This document shows, piece by piece, positions 58,405-64,000 of a DNA stretch of 64,000 nt (within the stretch, counting starts at the first letter, position 1; each line of letters opens with the position of its first letter). A program made the position numbers and the translations under genes. Source of the DNA: Tieghemostelium lacteum (lineage: Eukaryota); assembly GCA_001606155.1 (NCBI GenBank), contig LODT01000028.1, positions 342,735-406,734 of the forward strand, in the 5' to 3' direction. The notes beneath the pieces were generated by a model, which was given only the letters and a program-made list of their open reading frames with translations, searched no databases and was not told the DNA's origin.

Positions 58405-59964
58405 ATGAATCGATTTAGAATTGTATCTAGAATCATTAAAGATTCTAAAAATTTAATTTTTAATAATAATTCAACAAATAGTTATAATATTGGAGTACAG
58501 AGTAAATCTACTTTTAATTGTAGATCATCTTCATCGGCATCATCATCATCATCTGCATACCAATGTATGTTTTATAGTAGCTACACATCATTTTCACAAC
58601 AAAATCAACAACAACACCAAAACTACAAAAATCAATATGAATATAAATCACATAAAAATTTCAATAGAGATAGCGAGAAATCCAATGATAAAAAATCAAC
58701 TCAATTAAAAAATAACAATAGATATAGATTGGGAGTACTTTTGTCACCAACTCTATTGTTTACATCCTCTAGTCTCAGTGAAACTGGAGCTCCACTTATA
58801 GATACAACCGCTGATATGGACATGATCAAATCTAACGGTACTGTTGCCAATAATGGTGAAATAAGCCCTGATTTGACATCTGGTTCCAGCGATGAGAGCT
58901 CCAAAGTTTCCTCATCAGAGGAGGTAAATGATGATGTAATGAAAGTTGATCAAGATGATGATACTACTGGTGCTGATACTAAACTAGTTGAACCAGACCA
59001 ACCTTTATCAACTTCAAATTCTAATAATAATAATAATAACAATAATAATAATAATAATTTAATAACATCAACATCATTTAGAGATAGTTTAAGTAACTCA
59101 AATGGTGGAATTTTTAATATTTGTAGTGACGATGAAGTAAATAATAGTAATATAGCTTTGGATGAAAATGAACCATTCCATTTACATTCTGGTATCTGTG
59201 TTATTCCACACCCAAATAAAAGACACAAGGGTGGAGAGGATGCATATTTTATCAGTCAAGATCGTCGTGTTATTGGAGTTGCTGATGGTGTTGGTGGTTG
59301 GGGTGATGTTGGTATCGACCCAAGAGAATACTCTAATACTCTTATGGAAGGTTCAAAACTAGCTAGTAACAGTCAATCTGTAAACAGAGATCCATTGACT
59401 ATTATGGAACAAGGTTATGTCTACAGTCAAGATGTTAAAGGTTCATCAACCTGTTGTATCGTTGTTATTGGAGGTAAAAATCTCCATTCTGCCAACCTGG
59501 GAGACAGTGGTTTCCTAGTGATTAGAAATTCTGAGATTATATTCCGTACTCGTGAACAACAACACGCTTTCAATATGCCATATCAATTGGGTACTCAATC
59601 TATTGATAGACCAATTCACAGTATCACATCTACTTTCCCAATTGAAAAAGGTGATCTTGTCATCATGGGAACAGACGGTGTTTTTGATAATTTATTTGAT
59701 GATGAGATTCTGGAAATTGGTGATAAGAATGAAGATCCACAAATAATTGCCAGATTAATAGCGAAAAGAGCTTTTGAAGTAGGTTGCTCTACTACCACTT
59801 TTACTCCATTTGCAAAGAATGCAGGTAACAATGGTTACATTTATTCTGGTGGAAAATTAGATGATATCACTGTTATTGTCGGTATAGTCTCAGAAGGTCC
59901 ATTAAAACCAATTAAATCTGATATGTTATTATTAGATGAAGACTTTAAAAATGATGAATACTAA
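58405..59964 (+). CDS. PP2C-family protein phosphatase, PPTC7-like
   Basis: The C-terminal half has GEDAYFISQDRRVIGVADGVGGWGDVGIDPREYSNTLMEG...GTDGVFDNLFDDEI...GGKLDDITVIVGIV, the metal-binding Asp pattern of PP2C/PPTC7 phosphatases. The N-terminal 250 aa is low complexity, Asn/Ser-rich with a poly-N run. Confidence 0.7.
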   Translation: MNRFRIVSRIIKDSKNLIFNNNSTNSYNIGVQSKSTFNCRSSSSASSSSSAYQCMFYSSYTSFSQQNQQQHQNYKNQYEYKSHKNFNRDSEKSNDKKSTQLKNNNRYRLGVLLSPTLLFTSSSLSETGAPLIDTTADMDMIKSNGTVANNGEISPDLTSGSSDESSKVSSSEEVNDDVMKVDQDDDTTGADTKLVEPDQPLSTSNSNNNNNNNNNNNNLITSTSFRDSLSNSNGGIFNICSDDEVNNSNIALDENEPFHLHSGICVIPHPNKRHKGGEDAYFISQDRRVIGVADGVGGWGDVGIDPREYSNTLMEGSKLASNSQSVNRDPLTIMEQGYVYSQDVKGSSTCCIVVIGGKNLHSANLGDSGFLVIRNSEIIFRTREQQHAFNMPYQLGTQSIDRPIHSITSTFPIEKGDLVIMGTDGVFDNLFDDEILEIGDKNEDPQIIARLIAKRAFEVGCSTTTFTPFAKNAGNNGYIYSGGKLDDITVIVGIVSEGPLKPIKSDMLLLDEDFKNDEY

Positions 59965-60252
59965 AATTAAATAAAAAAGGAAAAATAGGATATTTAATAT
60001 ATATTTATATCTCTTATCCATCATTGGTTTTTTTAAAAACATTACAACATTATTCAAAATAAATTTACAAAGAATCCAACCATCTAAATTTAATGAGTAA
60101 ATATGTTACTGGCGAAAGATAATCAAATGAATTAATTTATTTATGAAAGAAAAATATTACTAAAAGATGATATTGTATAAATGAGCTAGTAATTGTCCTA
60201 TTTTAAAATATTTAAATTACATTGTAAGGATTCTAATGTTAATTATTTAAAT

Positions 60253-61002
60253 TCAAATAGGGTTTTTATATATTATTATATTATTATCCTTATAAAAATC
60301 TTCATTGTGGAATTGAAAAGTATAGTTAATATAGGTATTGATATTATTGTTGTTATTTGAATGTTGTGATGGTGATCTAATTATTTTCTCTTTTAATTCA
60401 ATTAGGGTAACAGAATCAAGAGTTGTATTAACTAATGTTTCGTTTAGAGTTGATATTTTGTATTCTGATGGTTTTCTAGTTCCTTTTTTATGATTTGTGA
60501 TTTGATTTATCAATTTGACTTTATCAATGTTTTGATTTTCAGATTTCCCTTTTTGATCTGTTGAGAGTGCATTGATGATATTAATAAGTTGAGTTATATC
60601 ATTATCCAATCCAGAGATCTCCATTGTATGTTTTTCAGAGTTTTCTTCGAGATGTGATTTCAGTTCTCTTTTGATATTAACTTGTTTTACATGTAATTGG
60701 TCATGAAGTTCTCTGAATACCTTGTCAACTAATTCCACTTGTTTTTCATATTGAGTTGTAATCTCATTCTGAAAATGTTCTTCCTTATCTTTCTTTTCAT
60801 CTTTTTTCAATATCAATTGCTCTTTAAATTGTTCTTTTAATTTCTCTGATTGTTGCATAACCTCATCAAAATAGTTTTCACCATCCACTATTTCATGTGA
60901 CTTGTGAATTGCTAAACATTTAAGACAAAAATATACATTACAATCCCTACAAAATATTTCTAGAGGTTTTAAATGTTTTTCAGGTGTGCATATTACACTC
61001 AT
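60253..61002 (-). CDS. B-box-type zinc finger plus coiled-coil protein
   Basis: The N-terminus CTPEKHLKPLEIFCRDCNVYFCLKCLAIHKSHE has the C-x2-H-x7-C-x2-C-x4-C-x2-C-x3-H-x2-H B-box spacing. A long heptad-rich region follows (EKLKEQFKEQLILKKDEKK...ELHDQLHVKQVNIKRELKSHLEE). Confidence 0.5.
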   Translation of the reverse strand: MSVICTPEKHLKPLEIFCRDCNVYFCLKCLAIHKSHEIVDGENYFDEVMQQSEKLKEQFKEQLILKKDEKKDKEEHFQNEITTQYEKQVELVDKVFRELHDQLHVKQVNIKRELKSHLEENSEKHTMEISGLDNDITQLINIINALSTDQKGKSENQNIDKVKLINQITNHKKGTRKPSEYKISTLNETLVNTTLDSVTLIELKEKIIRSPSQHSNNNNNINTYINYTFQFHNEDFYKDNNIIIYKNPI

Positions 61003-61571
61003 ATTAGCTATTATCTACCCAACAAATTAAATTAAAAAAACAGGGAAGCTATGGTGGAAAATTATTGTGTGATGTAAAATGATTATAATCTATAATCTAT
61101 ATTTCAAATATTTTATATATGAAAAAATTATTTATTTGTTTGGGTTAATATCACACTTTTCAAAACACATTTTAAGTAAACTACAAATTTAACACTATTT
61201 TCTTCAAAAATTCACTTAATACTTTCGGATACTGGTAATGGTACCGTTAGTTTTGGTTTAAAAATTTATCCAACTAATGGAAATACATGGGTATTGATTT
61301 TCTACTTCAAATTAGTTTTGGTGTCCATTTAGACAGCGTATTAATGATATTCAACGATGTTGAGATTATAGTTTTTAATTGCGTTACTTTGATATCAAAA
61401 TGAGATTCCCATCTTCTACCTTTTTACCATAAATCAAATAAATTGATTTTGATTCCTTACTGTAGCCATATCTTGTAATCCATCGCCATTGAAGTCAGTA
61501 AAAAGTAGTCTCTAAGATATATAACTTTATAATACAAATTTTATTTTTAAAAAATAACTTTGAGAATTTAA

Positions 61572-62384
61572 TTAATTTCTTCTTGAAGAGTTACCTTGTT
61601 GTTGTTGATATAATGAAGATCTTTTGAAATATATAGAAGCTTTTTCTTCATCTTTTAAAAAGTGTTTACAAAATTCTGCATAACGTTGATTCCAAATGGC
61701 ATTAGGAGGCTCCATATTTGCTGCCTCTTGGAAATAGGTTTCTGCTTTGGCTTTATCTTGGTTTACCTTAAGTAAAAATATGGCATACCTTCCACATGCC
61801 TCTGCTGATTTTGGACCAGAGGTTATAACACGTTTAAATAATTTCTCTGCTTTTTCAAAATCTTTGGCTTTGTATAAATTAATTGCATAGTTGAGAAGTA
61901 GATTAGAATCATCACCATCCAATGCAATTTTGGGTGACGAGTGTTTGTAACCTTCACCGTAAATCTCTAATGCTTTTTGTTGATCATTTTGTCTCTCGTA
62001 TAATTCCGCATAGGCTTGCCAACTTCTAGCTCTTTCTGAATCTTTTTGTACTGCTTTCTTTAACTGTGCCTCTGCTTCTTTATTTTTACCTTCCATTGAC
62101 AGTATGATACCATAACTGACCATATTATCAGGATCATCAGGATAGTCTTCATATTTCTCTAAAACCTGACTTTTATTTGTATTACTTATTATCTGAAATG
62201 CTGATGTTGGGTTCTCAGCCTGTTGTGACTGTTGAAGTGATTGTATAGTAGATTTATCATTTCCTAGCTGTCCACTACTCTTATAGTCATTGATATTTGA
62301 AAGTTGTTCTAATTTATCAACTTGACTCCTATCATTATTTCTGTAGTCTTCATCATATTTATTTTTACTCCCACAACAACCCAT
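61572..62384 (-). CDS. TPR-repeat protein with N-terminal MGCCGS dual lipidation motif
   Basis: 270-aa ORF starting MGCCGSKNKYDED (Gly2 and Cys3/4 match myristoylation/palmitoylation consensus). Repeated 34-residue W/Y-A-x-Y TPR-like units follow (RSWQAYAELYERQNDQQKALEIY; YAINLYKAKDFEKAEKLFKRV; GRYAIFLLKVNQDKAKAETYFQEA; WNQRYAEFCKHFLKDEEKASIYFKRS). Confidence 0.55.
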   Translation of the reverse strand: MGCCGSKNKYDEDYRNNDRSQVDKLEQLSNINDYKSSGQLGNDKSTIQSLQQSQQAENPTSAFQIISNTNKSQVLEKYEDYPDDPDNMVSYGIILSMEGKNKEAEAQLKKAVQKDSERARSWQAYAELYERQNDQQKALEIYGEGYKHSSPKIALDGDDSNLLLNYAINLYKAKDFEKAEKLFKRVITSGPKSAEACGRYAIFLLKVNQDKAKAETYFQEAANMEPPNAIWNQRYAEFCKHFLKDEEKASIYFKRSSLYQQQQGNSSRRN

Positions 62385-62541
62385 CCTTTCGTCCCTCTGT
62401 GTTATAAATATAAAACAATAAATTATTTTTTTTTTTTAATTTTTACAATCTTGATCCGATCAGTTACCCACACTTTTTTCAGATTAACTTTTTAGATTTT
62501 TATTGTTTTATCTCTTGTGATATCTTTTTCAATAATTATTA

Positions 62542-63951
62542 TTATACATAAACAATATCTAAAAATAAGTTGTCTTGAAGTGTAGGTGCGAACTTGCTCA
62601 TATATAAACGATCACTAGCTGCTAGTTGTAGGTGAATAAGATTTGGTGGCAACATATCTAATTGAAATCCTCCAATATAGAATTTCGCTCCTAATGTTAA
62701 GGATTTTAGAGAAGATGGGAATTTACTACCAACAATCGAATACTGAAATGTATAGTTTAGAACAAGTACTTCTAAACTCTGAGGTAATATTTGAAGTGAG
62801 AATGAATGAGGATAACCGTTTACTTTCAGACTTTTTAATTGGTCTGGAAGTTTAGTGATTTGATGTGGATATCCATTTAGTTCTAAATATTCAATATAAT
62901 TTGGTATATTTTCAAGTGATTTGTCAAATGGATAACCAAAAGTCAGAGATCTGCATCCTATCGGTAAAACCTCATTTAATTTATCCATACTGATACTATT
63001 ACAATTGAGTTCTAAATGGTAGAGGTTCATTGGAAAACAACCAACACTGAGTTCTCTATAATAGTATCTCAATGACAGTGAGGTTAGGGTAACTGGTAAC
63101 CCATTGTTGAGCAGTTGATCAAAGTTATGTCCAAGTTTAAGTGTTTTTAAACTCACTGGAAAAGACTCTCTAACTAGAGGTTTATTGAATCCAGTGGGAC
63201 TCATCCATTTATCTTGAAAATCTAATATCTCTAAATTTGGTGGAAGATGAACTATTTCTCTATCATACAGACCAAGTATCAGAGTTTTCAATTGATTAGG
63301 TAAGGTACCTAGTTGAAATTCATGATTATATCCATACATTGCCAAATATTGTAAAGATGATGGTAGACAACCAGGAGTTAAAAGGGTATTGAAGCTATAT
63401 CCTAATTCTAATTTTACCAAACCTTTTGGTAGTAATCCATCGGATATCTGATGATTGAAACCTCTAAATTCTGTTTTTTTTCTATCTTTAGAAAGGTTTT
63501 TAATTTCCTGTGCCGCAATAGTCAATTCTTCAAGATTCTGAGGTACTGAAACAATTCTAATGACACAATTAGTTTCTATATACAATGATTGCAAACTCTT
63601 TGGAAAACAATCATCAGTGATATCTCTACTGAAATCCTTATCCAAAATCTTAATAGACAGAATAGTTAATGGAAATTGTGATTCTGTCAAATTTCTATTT
63701 TGGTAGGGTGTAAATATACTTTGTACCTTAAAGGGTGTCCAATGGTAGCATATCTCTTGCACATTTACACTAGATAGGAAAACTTGATTAAATACTTCAC
63801 ATTCTAATTTATTATTAATCTCTACTACTTTTACCTTGTTTGGTAAACCATTAGCTACAAAATCTTTATTTTTGTGTATGTAATCTAATATAGCATCTGT
63901 TGAATTCTCTCTATTATTTCTTTTTGCCACATGAGAGCAATAGTAAAACAA
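62542..63951 (-). CDS. FNIP-repeat-containing protein
   Basis: 469-aa ORF made of about 20 tandem ~22-aa repeats of the pattern LPxSLxxLxLGxxFNQxL. Examples are FPVSLKTLKLGHNFDQLLNNG, LPVTLTSLSL, LPSSLQYLAMYGYNHEF, LPNQLKTLILGLYDREI, FPSSLKSLTLGAKFYIGGFQ. This is the Dictyostelid-specific FNIP repeat. Confidence 0.65.
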   Translation of the reverse strand: MFYYCSHVAKRNNRENSTDAILDYIHKNKDFVANGLPNKVKVVEINNKLECEVFNQVFLSSVNVQEICYHWTPFKVQSIFTPYQNRNLTESQFPLTILSIKILDKDFSRDITDDCFPKSLQSLYIETNCVIRIVSVPQNLEELTIAAQEIKNLSKDRKKTEFRGFNHQISDGLLPKGLVKLELGYSFNTLLTPGCLPSSLQYLAMYGYNHEFQLGTLPNQLKTLILGLYDREIVHLPPNLEILDFQDKWMSPTGFNKPLVRESFPVSLKTLKLGHNFDQLLNNGLPVTLTSLSLRYYYRELSVGCFPMNLYHLELNCNSISMDKLNEVLPIGCRSLTFGYPFDKSLENIPNYIEYLELNGYPHQITKLPDQLKSLKVNGYPHSFSLQILPQSLEVLVLNYTFQYSIVGSKFPSSLKSLTLGAKFYIGGFQLDMLPPNLIHLQLAASDRLYMSKFAPTLQDNLFLDIVYV

Positions 63952-64000
63952 TGGAAACTTATTAAACCTAATTTGATTTTTAGCTGAATAAAAAAATTTA

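Overview
The window is about 77% A+T with a dense set of eukaryotic genes. It has short AT-rich introns with GTATGT/GTAAGT...AG boundaries, long CAA/TTG (poly-Q) and TCA (poly-Ser) microsatellites, and a family of FNIP/F-box-like repeat genes. Together these point to Dictyostelium discoideum-type nuclear DNA, which is an inference from composition and gene content. I saw no rRNA, tRNA, CRISPR array or recognisable transposon. About 35 protein-coding genes are supported. The confident calls are an Atg16 homologue, an aldo-keto reductase, a GH9 cellulase with a TETP linker (celA-like), an ERK1-type MAP kinase, a mitochondrial-type phenylalanyl-tRNA synthetase, a PP2C/PPTC7-like phosphatase, COG2, an AMPK gamma subunit and a phospholipase D. 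Other calls are a TVP38/DedA membrane protein, a SID1-family membrane protein, a DUF866 zinc-binding protein, a cyclin L-like protein and an FNIP-repeat protein. The main structural feature is a ~12 kb array of seven paralogous genes (24.5-36.5 kb), each with an N-terminal F-box-like motif and an LRR-like C-terminus. Two of them are a near-identical recent tandem duplicate. A more distant member sits at the window start, and a decayed fragment of it lies at 39 kb, sharing a 38-bp exact repeat with positions 1-38. A splice model with matching phases joins a neuronal-calcium-sensor-like EF-hand domain to the PH and HKD domains of the phospholipase D gene. The MAP kinase reads S-A-Y where T-E-Y is expected in the activation loop, and its poly-Q N-terminus has a frame discontinuity. 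All exon/intron models were built by eye from splice consensus, reading-frame continuity and remembered homologues, so exact boundaries are approximate. The ORF track marks TTG and GTG as M, so several listed starts are not real methionines.
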